Source of the DNA: an uncultured delta proteobacterium
Lineage (GTDB): Bacteria > Desulfobacterota > Binatia > HRBIN30 > BPIQ01
DNA: 64,000 bases
Reading direction: 5' to 3'
Assembly: GCA_963761335.1 (NCBI GenBank)
Contig: CAVXGR010000021.1
Coordinates: 32,001-96,000 of the forward strand
Shown here: positions 55,765 through 64,000 of the stretch, one piece after another
Layout: each line of letters starts with the position of its first letter
Numbering within the stretch: the first letter of the stretch is position 1
The notes under the pieces: model-generated
Databases searched by the model: none
What the model saw: only the letters and a program-made list of their open reading frames with translations
What the model was told of the DNA's origin: nothing
Program-made: the position numbers and the translations under genes

Positions 55765-57492
55765 CTAGTGGCCGAGAATCGCCTGCACGACTCGTCTCAG
55801 CTCGCCTTCCGGGTCGGGCACCGCTTGTGGGCATCGCCAGGCGACGATGCGGTCCGGGCGAATGAGCAGGCAACCCCGATCACTCACCTCGCGGGCGCGG
55901 ATCCATTGGCCGAGGACGTCGTTGTTGCGCTGGCCGAGGCCGACGATGACCGGCTCGATCCTCACTCCCGTCTGGCGCGCCACCTGCCCGCATGCCTCGG
56001 CCCAGGCGGCGCCCTCGGTTCCGATCAGCAGCGTGAAACGGTCGTAGCCGCAGAGGTCGAGTGTGGAAACGTCCTCGGTGCCGCGCTGCAGCCATACGTG
56101 CGGAAGATGGGCGCCGGGATGAGTCGTCGGGCGGTAGTAGAGCTCCGGGTCGCGCTCGTAGGCGGGGAACGGGGTGCCGTCGCCGACGACGGCATTTGAT
56201 TCATAGCGCTGGCCGAGCTCGACGCCGTGGGCGTTGAACTGGCCGTTCATCAGGTCCAGCCCGGCGAGGAGCTCTTCCCTCTGCTTCTCGCCTCCCGGAC
56301 CGAGAAGGCGGTCGACGGCGGCCATGGCGTCCGGGCGTGACTGACCGGGATGAAAGCCCAGCGCACTCATCCATCCACCCATCTCGGCGACACTGCGGTT
56401 GGCCCGGTCGACCACCTGTCGTCCTACGGGCTGCCGCTCGGCGCTGTAGCTGTCGAGCAGTCGATCGTCGGCATGGCCCGCAACCACCAACGCCAGCTTC
56501 CACGCCAGGTTGTAGCTGTCCTGAATCGACGTATTGCTTCCCAGGCCGTTGGCCGGCGGGTGCCGGTGGGCCGCATCGCCGGCGATGAACAGCCGCCCCT
56601 CGCGGTAGCGGGAGGCGACGACGTGATTGAACTGCCACTCGCTGATCTTCTTGATCTTGATGTCCACCGAAGGATCACCGATCGCGGCGCGCACGCGCCG
56701 CATGACCGACTCCTCCGACAGATCGCTCGGTTCGAGGCCGGGGCGCGTGAAGATCGTGCTCCATTCCGTCCACGGCTCGACGCAGGTCCAGATGCTGAGG
56801 AGGTCTTCGCCGCCGGGATTGCAGACGAAGAAAAGGGCGCCGGAGCGGTGCCGGGTGTAGCGAGTGAGGTCGGCCTCGATCCAGACCGTGATCGCATTGC
56901 CCAGACCGGCCGCGCCTTCGAGCTCGAAACCCCCTTCCTCGCCGACGATGGAACGGGCGCCGTCGCAGCCGACGATGTAGCGCGCACTGACCTCGAGCTC
57001 CGCGCCGTCGACGCGCCTTCGCACCCGCGCCACGGCGCGGTCCGCGGTCTGCCGGACCGCGACCACCTCGTGATTGAAGCGGATGTCGGCGCCGAAGCCG
57101 CGAGCGGCGTCGAGAAGGATGGGCTCCAGCACGTGCTGGGGAGCGTTGCACATCTCGCACGGGCTGGCCGAGCGGTAGTCGGCGAGGCGGTCGTCGCCCG
57201 TGCCCCAGGTCATCATGCGAGAGAGCTCGCGCCCGGCGAAGGAGGTGGCGAACACCTGCTTGCCCATCAGATGCTGAGGCAGCGCCCGCTGCTTGACCTG
57301 CGGCTCGATTCCCAGGTCGCGAAAGATCTCCACGGCGCGCTGATTGGTGATGTGGGCCCGCGGCGAGTCGGCGGTGTCGCCGTACTTGGTCAGAGTCACG
57401 GACGGCACGCCGCTGCGGGCCAGCAGCGCTGCGGCGGTCAGCCCGGCGGGGCCGGCGCCGACCACGAGAACATCGGTTTTCACGTCTTCCAC
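55765..57492 (-). CDS. FAD-dependent phenol monooxygenase (TfdB / 2,4-dichlorophenol 6-monooxygenase-like)
   Basis: VGAGPAG, PRAHITNQR, GCDGARS, GDAAHRHPPANGLGSNTSIQD, HGVELGQRY, RPDRIVAW. Confidence 0.88.
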   Translation of the reverse strand: MEDVKTDVLVVGAGPAGLTAAALLARSGVPSVTLTKYGDTADSPRAHITNQRAVEIFRDLGIEPQVKQRALPQHLMGKQVFATSFAGRELSRMMTWGTGDDRLADYRSASPCEMCNAPQHVLEPILLDAARGFGADIRFNHEVVAVRQTADRAVARVRRRVDGAELEVSARYIVGCDGARSIVGEEGGFELEGAAGLGNAITVWIEADLTRYTRHRSGALFFVCNPGGEDLLSIWTCVEPWTEWSTIFTRPGLEPSDLSEESVMRRVRAAIGDPSVDIKIKKISEWQFNHVVASRYREGRLFIAGDAAHRHPPANGLGSNTSIQDSYNLAWKLALVVAGHADDRLLDSYSAERQPVGRQVVDRANRSVAEMGGWMSALGFHPGQSRPDAMAAVDRLLGPGGEKQREELLAGLDLMNGQFNAHGVELGQRYESNAVVGDGTPFPAYERDPELYYRPTTHPGAHLPHVWLQRGTEDVSTLDLCGYDRFTLLIGTEGAAWAEACGQVARQTGVRIEPVIVGLGQRNNDVLGQWIRAREVSDRGCLLIRPDRIVAWRCPQAVPDPEGELRRVVQAILGH

Positions 57493-57536
57493 GGCTATCC
57501 TCCTGGCCTGCAGCGGCCGTCGCGGCCGCGAGTTTC

Positions 57537-57589
57537 GTTATTCAACTGACAAGTAACGGCTTGACGTTCGCTTGTCAAGTGAATAACAT
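57537..57589. promoter_or_regulatory. Probable TetR operator overlapping divergent promoters
   Basis: 17-bp inverted repeat GTTATTCAACTGACAAG / CTTGTCAAGTGAATAAC (2 mismatches); TTGACG-N17-TAACAT toward tetR. Confidence 0.75.
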
Positions 57590-57597
57590 AAATTTCC

Positions 57598-58202
57598 ATG
57601 AACAGCCGTGACCAACAGCGGGAGCAGACCCGAGAGCGCATCATCGAGGCAGCGGCGCGGGCCTTCGCGGAGCACGGCTTTCGCGCCGCCAGCACGCGCG
57701 ACATCGCCACCCGCGCCGGGGCGAATCAGGGGCTCATCACCTATCACTTCCGCAGCAAGGAGGAGCTGTGGAAGGCGGCTGCGGGCCGCGTCTTCGGGAT
57801 TCTCCAGGGCAGCTTCGAGCGCTCGACCGACGGCGGCGCGGCGAAGGACCCGCGCGAGCCGGCGCGCGCGGCGATCCGCCAGTACGTGCGCTTCGCGGCG
57901 GCGCACCCGGAGCTATTCCGACTGATGGTCGACGAGGGCAAGAACAAGGAAGCGCGGATGCGCTGGCTCGTCGATACCCATTTGAAGCCACTCTACGCGT
58001 CCTTCGAGCGGCTGGTGCGCAGGTACAATCCGCAGATGGACGGCGCCCTGATTCCGCACGCCTACTACGCCCTGGCCGGCGCCGGGTCTCTGATCTTCGC
58101 TGTGGCCCCCGAGTGCCGCCGTCTCACCGGCGTCGACCCGAGCCCGCGCTAGTAGCCGTCGAGGTGCACGCCGAGTTCGTCGCTCGACTCCTCGTCCCGT
58201 AG
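57598..58202 (+). CDS. TetR family regulator, probably frameshifted near 58145 (in-frame stop at 58152)
   Basis: HTH FAEHGFRAASTRDIA...LITYHF; the likely last helix AVEVHAEFVARLLVP lies in another frame. Confidence 0.85.
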
Positions 58203-58232
58203 ACCAACCCGCCAACCCGCTCACCATCCGCA

Positions 58233-58520
58233 GTGCTCCTCGGCGCGCTCGGCGATGCCGAGCAGCGCCAGACCATCGAGCTTGCCTACTTTGGGGGCCT
58301 GAGTCATACGGAGATAGCGCTGAAGCTTGGACAGCCCATTGGGAACGGTGAAGACGCGCATCCGCACCGCGATGATGCACCTGCGAGCCGCACTCGGCCG
58401 CTTGGAAGCGTCGCCGGCGGCGGTCGGGAAGGGGCGGGGCCTGGCGGACCACGACCCGCCGGCCGACCACCGCGAACGCGCCTCCTCGAGCGAACGGCCC
58501 GCGGCCCGATCACTGGGTCG
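58233..58520 (+). pseudogene. Remnant of an ECF sigma factor region 4 (SigK-like) and a possible anti-sigma N-terminus
   Basis: EQRQTIELAYFGGLSHTEIALKLGQP / LGTVKTRIR split by a frameshift; no region 2; PPADHRE / RLLER downstream. Confidence 0.7.
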
Positions 58521-58549
58521 TCGAGGGGGGAGAGGACATCGACCTCGCC

Positions 58550-59104
58550 ATGAAGCTGGCGTCGCTCTGCTGCACCGGCGTATCGGTGCGGCGCACCGCG
58601 CCGGAGGCGACCGCCACCTCGGAGGTGGCGACCTTGGACATATCCGGAGAATGTCACTGGCCCGACGGCATCGGTCTGCTCGCCACTCTCGCGGTCACGC
58701 CGCGAGAGGGCTCTCCCTCGACGCGGCGAGTGCTCGACTTCGGGCCCTCTGCATACGCGGTTCCCGGTGCAATCGTTCGCGATCTGCACATCGGCGCCCT
58801 GCGATCTCTGCGAATCACTTGGGAGGGCGTCCTCGTTCCTCTGCTTCCGGGAGCGCAGGCGATTGCCTTGGTCGTGCAGCGAGGACACGGCAAGCTGCGC
58901 ATTGGCAGCAGTGAAGTGGACGCCCACGACGCAGGCAATTCGACCTTTCGAGGCGAGATCGAGGCCGCCATCGACGGGCCGGTGCCGATCTCCGTCGAGG
59001 TCGAGACCTCGAGCACCGCCCTGCCGGTGCCCCGTCTCTATTGGCGCCGGGGAGACTCTCCGCCGTCTCCGGTGCCGCCGTGGGCACTGCGCCCATCACC
59101 GTGA
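58550..59104 (+). CDS. Hypothetical protein or remnant with a PA14-like domain
   Basis: ITWEGVLVP...PISVE...[20 protein letters not shown] pattern; lacks the PA14 DDG motif. Confidence 0.4.
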   Translation: MKLASLCCTGVSVRRTAPEATATSEVATLDISGECHWPDGIGLLATLAVTPREGSPSTRRVLDFGPSAYAVPGAIVRDLHIGALRSLRITWEGVLVPLLPGAQAIALVVQRGHGKLRIGSSEVDAHDAGNSTFRGEIEAAIDGPVPISVEVETSSTALPVPRLYWRRGDSPPSPVPPWALRPSP

Positions 59105-59216
59105 TCGACGACCCGAGCCGCGGCGCCGCCGCCGTGATTCCGGGCCTCCGCCGCCTCGCGGCCGATTGACACTGCCCCTGCCGGGACCATACACCCTCGG
59201 CGGGGAGGCAAGACCA

Positions 59217-60254
59217 ATGCGATTCGGATTGAACGTCGGTTACTCGGGCTCGCGCCTGGCGATCAACATGGAGCTGATCAAGGAGGCCGACCGTCTCGGC
59301 TTCCATTCGGTGTGGGCGGCCGAGGCCTATGGCTCCGATGCGGTGACGCCGCTGGCGTGGATCGCCGGGCAGACGGAGCGCATCCACGTGGGCACGGCCA
59401 TCATGCAGATGCCGGCGCGCTCGCCGGCGATGACCGCGATGACGGCGACGACTCTCGATCAGCTCTCGGGTGGCCGCTTCCTGCTCGGCCTCGGCGTCTC
59501 CGGCCCGCAGGTGGTCGAAGGATGGCACGGCGTTCCCTACGGCAAGCCTCTGCGGCGCACGCGCGAGTACGTCGAGATCGTCCGTTCCATCTGGGCGCGC
59601 GAGAAGCCCCTCGAGCACCAGGGAGAGCACTATCAGATCCCCAATCGCAGCGCGGGCACGACGGGCCTCGGCAAGCCGCTGAAGAGCATTCTGCACGGGC
59701 GACAGATTCCCATCTACATCGCCGCCACCGGCTTGAAGAGCGTGGCGCAGACGGCCGAGATCGCCGACGGCTGGTTGCCGATCTTCTTCTCGCCGTTCCG
59801 GGCCCCCGGGGTCTATCGCGAGGCCCTGGAGTCGGGATTTTCCCGCGCCGGTGGTGGCAAGGGTCTCGATCAGTTCGACATCGCCGCCAGCCCGACGGTG
59901 ATCATCGGTGACGACGTGGCGCTCTGCCTGCGCTTCATCAAGCCCGTCCTCGCCCTGTACGTCGGCGGCATGGGGGCCCGCGGCAAGAACTTCTACAACG
60001 ACCTCGCCTGCCGCTACGGCTTCGAGGCGGCGGCGGCGAAGATCCAGGACCTCTATCTGGACGGCAAGAAGGACGAGGCGGCGGCGGCCGTACCCGACGA
60101 GCTCGCCGACGAGGTGGCGCTGGTCGGTCCCAAGGAGCGCATTCGCGAGCGCCTCGGCGCCTGGCGCGAGTCCGGGGTGACGACGATGATCTGCGGCATT
60201 CCACCGGTGAACTCCGTCGACACGCTGCGCACCATCGCCGAGGTCGCCATGTAG
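59217..60254 (+). CDS. LLM class F420-dependent oxidoreductase
   Basis: [52 protein letters not shown]. Confidence 0.92.
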   Translation: MRFGLNVGYSGSRLAINMELIKEADRLGFHSVWAAEAYGSDAVTPLAWIAGQTERIHVGTAIMQMPARSPAMTAMTATTLDQLSGGRFLLGLGVSGPQVVEGWHGVPYGKPLRRTREYVEIVRSIWAREKPLEHQGEHYQIPNRSAGTTGLGKPLKSILHGRQIPIYIAATGLKSVAQTAEIADGWLPIFFSPFRAPGVYREALESGFSRAGGGKGLDQFDIAASPTVIIGDDVALCLRFIKPVLALYVGGMGARGKNFYNDLACRYGFEAAAAKIQDLYLDGKKDEAAAAVPDELADEVALVGPKERIRERLGAWRESGVTTMICGIPPVNSVDTLRTIAEVAM

Positions 60255-60289
60255 AGGGGGCTCCGCCCCGTGCGCCGATGCCGTCTGCG

Positions 60290-60637
60290 TCAGCGCCCGT
60301 GGGTGTACTTGATGATCTCGGCGTGCTCGAGGGTAACCAGGCCGCCGCCCCCGGCCGCCTCCATGAGCGTGTCGAGGTGCGGCAGGGCGTCGCGGATCTT
60401 CTCCTCCGTATCGACGATCTCGATGAGCACCGGCAGATCCTCGGAGAGGCGGAGGATCTTGGCGGTGTGAATCCGGCTGGCGGCGCCGTAGCCCTCGATG
60501 CCGCGCCAGACGGTGGCCCCGGCGAGCCCGAGCTCGCGCGCCTTGAGGACGATCGCCTCGAACAGCGGCCGGCCCTCGGCTTGGTCGGATTCGCCGACGA
60601 AGATGCGGAGCAACTTGCCATTTCCCGAGATCTTCAC
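60290..60637 (-). CDS. DUF190 (PII-like) protein
   Basis: LRIFVGESD, LAGATVWRGIEGYG, LSEDLPV; adjacent to crcB. Confidence 0.92.
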   Translation of the reverse strand: MKISGNGKLLRIFVGESDQAEGRPLFEAIVLKARELGLAGATVWRGIEGYGAASRIHTAKILRLSEDLPVLIEIVDTEEKIRDALPHLDTLMEAAGGGGLVTLEHAEIIKYTHGR

Positions 60638-60653
60638 GGCTACGGCTCCTCTC

Positions 60654-61028
60654 TCAGAGAATGCGGATCATCAGCGCTCCGAGCCAGACGCCGAGCAGGC
60701 AGAGCGCCATGGTGGTGGCGGCGTTGAGCAGACCCAGGAAGGCGCTGCCGTCGCGCAGCAGGGCGATGGTCTCGTAGCTGAAGGTCGACATGGTCGTGAA
60801 GCCGCCGCAGAAGCCGACGGCGAGGCAGAGGCGCATGTTCGGTCCGAGCAGCGCGCGCTCCAGCGACAGCGCCATGAGAAGACCGAGAATGAAGCTGCCG
60901 GCGACGTTGACCGCCAGCGTGCCCAGCGGGAACTGCGATCCCTGCGCCTGCTGCACCAGCCCGGCGACCCAGTAGCGTCCCACCGATCCGAAGAAGCCGC
61001 CGAGGCCGACGAGAAGGGCGCGCGTCAT
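60654..61028 (-). CDS. crcB: Fluoride channel CrcB/Fluc
   Basis: GGFFGSVGRY, FPLGTLAVN, GFCGGFTTMSTF. Confidence 0.93.
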   Translation of the reverse strand: MTRALLVGLGGFFGSVGRYWVAGLVQQAQGSQFPLGTLAVNVAGSFILGLLMALSLERALLGPNMRLCLAVGFCGGFTTMSTFSYETIALLRDGSAFLGLLNAATTMALCLLGVWLGALMIRIL

Positions 61029-61087
61029 GCCCCACGCAAAGCACAGCGGCTTGTACCCGGCAAGTGTCTCGGTGGGCTCGCCTCCGA

Positions 61088-62776
61088 CTAGCGAACCTCG
61101 ACCGGGAGCCGCAGCTCGGCGTTGCCGAAGGCGCCCTGATCGATGCTGCGCACCTGCACGACGCGGAAGATCAGCTCGGCGCTGCCGCGGCGCGATGGCG
61201 GGGGAATGGCGGCGGTGAGGTCGATCTGATCGCCGGCTCCGAGGTTCTTGGGGAGCATGGTCACCGCCACCTCGTCGGCGATCACGGCCACCACCTCGAC
61301 CTGCAGATAGCCGTAGTCGCTGAAGGCCGGCCAGCTGGCTGTTCCCTGGTTGGTCAGCAGCAGTCGTAGCTGCGAGCCCTGTCCCCGGTGCAGCGTCATC
61401 GGTGTCGACTGCGGTGCGGCGAGCTCGACCCGGCCGTCGAGCTCCGCTTCTCTCAGGGGGCGCAGGTATGCGGGCTCGGGTCGGGTGAATACCTGCCACA
61501 GCAGCGGCGCCAGCTGGGTGCCGTGCCAGCCGTCGCGGGCGGCCCGCAACACCTGCCAGTCGCCCCATTGCCAGGCGCGCTCCGGTGCCCGGTCGATGGT
61601 GATCGGCGTGCGGTTCCAGGAGTTGGCGTCGAAGTAGACGCCGATCGCCTGCACGCCGACGCTCCAGACGAGCAGGACAACCAGCAAGGCGCGGCCAGCC
61701 GCGGAGCGCCACAAGCGCTGCGCGGTGTCCGCGCCGAGGAGGGCGGCGGCGGGTAGAATGTCGACCAGGAAGCGCGGCCCATAGGTCTCGCCGGCCCACC
61801 AATAGTGAAACGAGGAGTAGAAGAGAAGGTAGAGGCCGATGCCGGCGGCGGCGTAGACGATCCAGGGCGGCTGCAAGCGCCGCCAGCGGAACATCGGCGG
61901 GATTGCCAGGGCGACCACCGGTGAGAAGACCAGCAGGCCGCGGTTGGCGCTGAACAGCAGGCCGAAGGTGCGCTCCAGGCTCGGAGTCTCCGGCAGGCTG
62001 CGGTAGCCGCCGCGCACGCCGCCGAGACTGCCGAGGTTGTAGAGGAGCAGCACTGTGGCGCCGGCGAGGGCCGGCAGGATGAAGATCGGCAGCCAGCTGC
62101 GGCGGTGGCGCATCACGAAGACCGTGGCCACCACCGCGAAGATCACCATGGTCGGCCGCGCCATGGCGCCGTAGGTGGCGAAGATGGCGGCGCCGGCCGC
62201 CATCCACAGCGACGGGGGTTGCAGCAGGCAGAGGCTGAGACCCGCCAGGCTGAGCTCAGCCGAAGCGTGCTGCCAGAGTGTCTGGCTGCTGATCACCCAG
62301 GTGCTGGTGGCAAAGGCGTAGCCCACGGCAACTGCTGCGGCCCAGCCCGGTGAGGTGATCGCGCACAGCGCCAGGAACAGCAGCGCCACCGAGGCGGCGG
62401 TGATCGCTGCGGCGCCGACGCGGTCCATGACCGCCGCCACCAGCCGAAACGCCACTCGCTGGTCGTCGACGTGGTGGGCGCGCAGCCATGCCACCGCCGG
62501 CAGATACAGCGGCGTGATCAACACCGGGGTGGCCACCGGGTACTTGGACATCCAGTGCCCACCGCGGGATTGCTTGAGGAAGTACGGCACGGCGGGTTGT
62601 CGCAGCCATGCGAACTCGTCGAGGTCGAGGTTGCCCTGGCGCAGCAAGCTGAAGGGGAGCAGGCGCGTCGGCAGCGAGTCCCAGGTGGTGGCCGGCCGCA
62701 GGTTGCCCACATAGACGAGAAAGCAGAGGCCTCCCAGAGCCAGAGCGACAGCGCATCGGCGCAACGGGTTCATCAT
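61088..62776 (-). CDS. GT-C fold membrane glycosyltransferase-like protein with C-terminal Ig-like domain
   Basis: WDSLP, SKYPV, SQTLWQH, RGLLVFSP, WWAGETYGPRF; many TM helices. Confidence 0.72.
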   Translation of the reverse strand: MMNPLRRCAVALALGGLCFLVYVGNLRPATTWDSLPTRLLPFSLLRQGNLDLDEFAWLRQPAVPYFLKQSRGGHWMSKYPVATPVLITPLYLPAVAWLRAHHVDDQRVAFRLVAAVMDRVGAAAITAASVALLFLALCAITSPGWAAAVAVGYAFATSTWVISSQTLWQHASAELSLAGLSLCLLQPPSLWMAAGAAIFATYGAMARPTMVIFAVVATVFVMRHRRSWLPIFILPALAGATVLLLYNLGSLGGVRGGYRSLPETPSLERTFGLLFSANRGLLVFSPVVALAIPPMFRWRRLQPPWIVYAAAGIGLYLLFYSSFHYWWAGETYGPRFLVDILPAAALLGADTAQRLWRSAAGRALLVVLLVWSVGVQAIGVYFDANSWNRTPITIDRAPERAWQWGDWQVLRAARDGWHGTQLAPLLWQVFTRPEPAYLRPLREAELDGRVELAAPQSTPMTLHRGQGSQLRLLLTNQGTASWPAFSDYGYLQVEVVAVIADEVAVTMLPKNLGAGDQIDLTAAIPPPSRRGSAELIFRVVQVRSIDQGAFGNAELRLPVEVR

Positions 62777-62907
62777 TTTCAAGCCCGGCGGCGTATCACA
62801 ATGGCTCCGCTCGCCCCAACCGGCGTCACAGCCGGGGGGACACCGGGGACAGCCGTTGACTCCCCAGGTCGATTTCATTAGCCTTAACATGCTCTCTACA
62901 AAACGGC

Positions 62908-63513
62908 ATGTCGCAAGAGCATCAACCGGAGCTGCAGGACGCGCGCGAGAAGATTCTCACCATCGCCTGCCGACTGTTTTCGCAGCAGGGGTACGAGAGC
63001 ACCTCGCTCTCCCAGGTCGCCAAGGAGGCCAAGGTCAGCAAGGCACTGATCTTCTGGCACTTCGACACCAAGGAGAAGCTCTTCGAGACGGCGCTGCGAA
63101 ATATACTGGAGCCCTACTTCATCAGCATGGACGAGCTCGAGGGGCTGGACGAGCAGACGCAGATCAGCTCTCTCATCGACGAGTTCTACGCCTTCGTTCG
63201 CGACAACGTCTACTCGGTCCGCTTCTTCCTGAGCCTCATGCTGCGCGACGAGAAGGAGCCCGGCGACATCCTCGCCCGCATCAGCCAGCTCCACGATCTG
63301 TTCCGCGACCTGATTGCCGACATCATCGAGCGCGGCCAGCGCAAGGGAACCTTCCGCGGCAGCGACTCACCGCGCCAGGACGCGACCCTGATCATGGCCA
63401 CGCTTGCCGGCATCCTGGTCCAACAGTTCATCAGCGACGACTATCGGGGCGATCAGAAGGCGATACTCGATCATCTGAAGAAGAGCGTCTTTCAACGCCT
63501 CGGAATCAGCTGA
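62908..63513 (+). CDS. TetR/AcrR family regulator
   Basis: FSQQGYESTSLSQVAKEAKVSKALIFWHFDTKEKL. Confidence 0.92.
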   Translation: MSQEHQPELQDAREKILTIACRLFSQQGYESTSLSQVAKEAKVSKALIFWHFDTKEKLFETALRNILEPYFISMDELEGLDEQTQISSLIDEFYAFVRDNVYSVRFFLSLMLRDEKEPGDILARISQLHDLFRDLIADIIERGQRKGTFRGSDSPRQDATLIMATLAGILVQQFISDDYRGDQKAILDHLKKSVFQRLGIS

Positions 63514-63601
63514 GATCAGTATCTCGGTGGATCAGTGTCTCGTACTCAGTATCTCAGTGTCTCGGTCATTTGAACTGAGCCACTGAGTTACTGAGCCACT
63601 G
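63514..63601. repeat. Inverted arrays of degenerate 8-bp tandem repeats
   Basis: TCTCAGTG/GATCAGTG-like units followed by ACTGAGCC-like units in reverse orientation. Confidence 0.75.
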
Positions 63602-63768
63602 CTTCTTCCGCCGCCACCGCGGGGCGCCCGAAGGCGCCCCGCGCCGGATGGATCCGGCCGCCACACCCCAACCGCCGAGAAAGCCGTCGCCTCACCACCG
63701 CACCACCCCGCGACCTTCTCTCTCAAACCGGATCACCACCTCGGAGCCCGAGGACTCGTGAGGCTCTG

Positions 63769-64000
63769 TCAGGAGCAGCCGCTGGTCGTGCCGCAGTTGA
63801 GGCACTTGTAGCAGCTGCCGTTGCGCACCATGATCGAGCCGCAATCGGAGCAGCTGGGCGCGTCCGCCTGCGGGCTGAAGCTGATCGCCTGGCCGGGCGA
63901 GGTCGCCTGGCTCTCGGCCGCGCCGGCATCCTCGGAGGCTTCGCCGCCGGCGAGCCCGAGGATGGCGCGCTGGTCGGCCTTGAGGAAGCGGGTGCCGAGG
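63769..64000 (-). CDS. nrdJ: C-terminus of a class II (B12-dependent) ribonucleotide reductase (partial)
   Basis: DAPSCSDCGSIMVRNGSCYKCLNCGTTSGCS stop. Confidence 0.88.
   Translation of the reverse strand, partial: LGTRFLKADQRAILGLAGGEASEDAGAAESQATSPGQAISFSPQADAPSCSDCGSIMVRNGSCYKCLNCGTTSGCS

Noticed and set aside
61029..61090. Fluoride riboswitch upstream of crcB
   Set aside because: The spacer is short and lacks the GGCGATGG...CTGATG/TAATG consensus

Overview
High-GC bacterial chromosomal window. Gene order and protein style suggest a deltaproteobacteria-like lineage, possibly Candidatus Binatia (inference only). It is mostly housekeeping and metabolic genes: groES/groEL, radC, rlmI, moaC, trxB, rpmE-prfA-prmC-hisDBHAF, glpK, rimO-dksA-glycerate kinase-queE, thrB-folE, aminotransferase-serA-purA-argA-like-type II panK, and the 3' end of nrdJ. 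Accessory loci are interspersed: a PAS histidine kinase beside a fused beta-helix/diheme cytochrome lipoprotein, a GlnA4-like gamma-glutamylation cluster, two type II toxin-antitoxin pairs, two GT-C membrane glycosyltransferases, a heavily frameshifted GH5-type glycoside hydrolase, Cys-rich secreted proteins, a TetR-controlled TfdB-like monooxygenase/GST/AhpD/NnrU cluster, a decayed ECF sigma/anti-sigma remnant, and crcB-DUF190. Non-coding highlights are a clear ZMP/ZTP (pfl) riboswitch with an overlapping terminator upstream of the serine-synthesis/purA genes, GTAG-type REP doublets, a MITE-like inverted repeat, two inverted octamer-repeat arrays and several apparently leaderless promoters. 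No CRISPR array, rRNA, tRNA or transposase was recognised. All family assignments come from motif recognition; no database searches were run.
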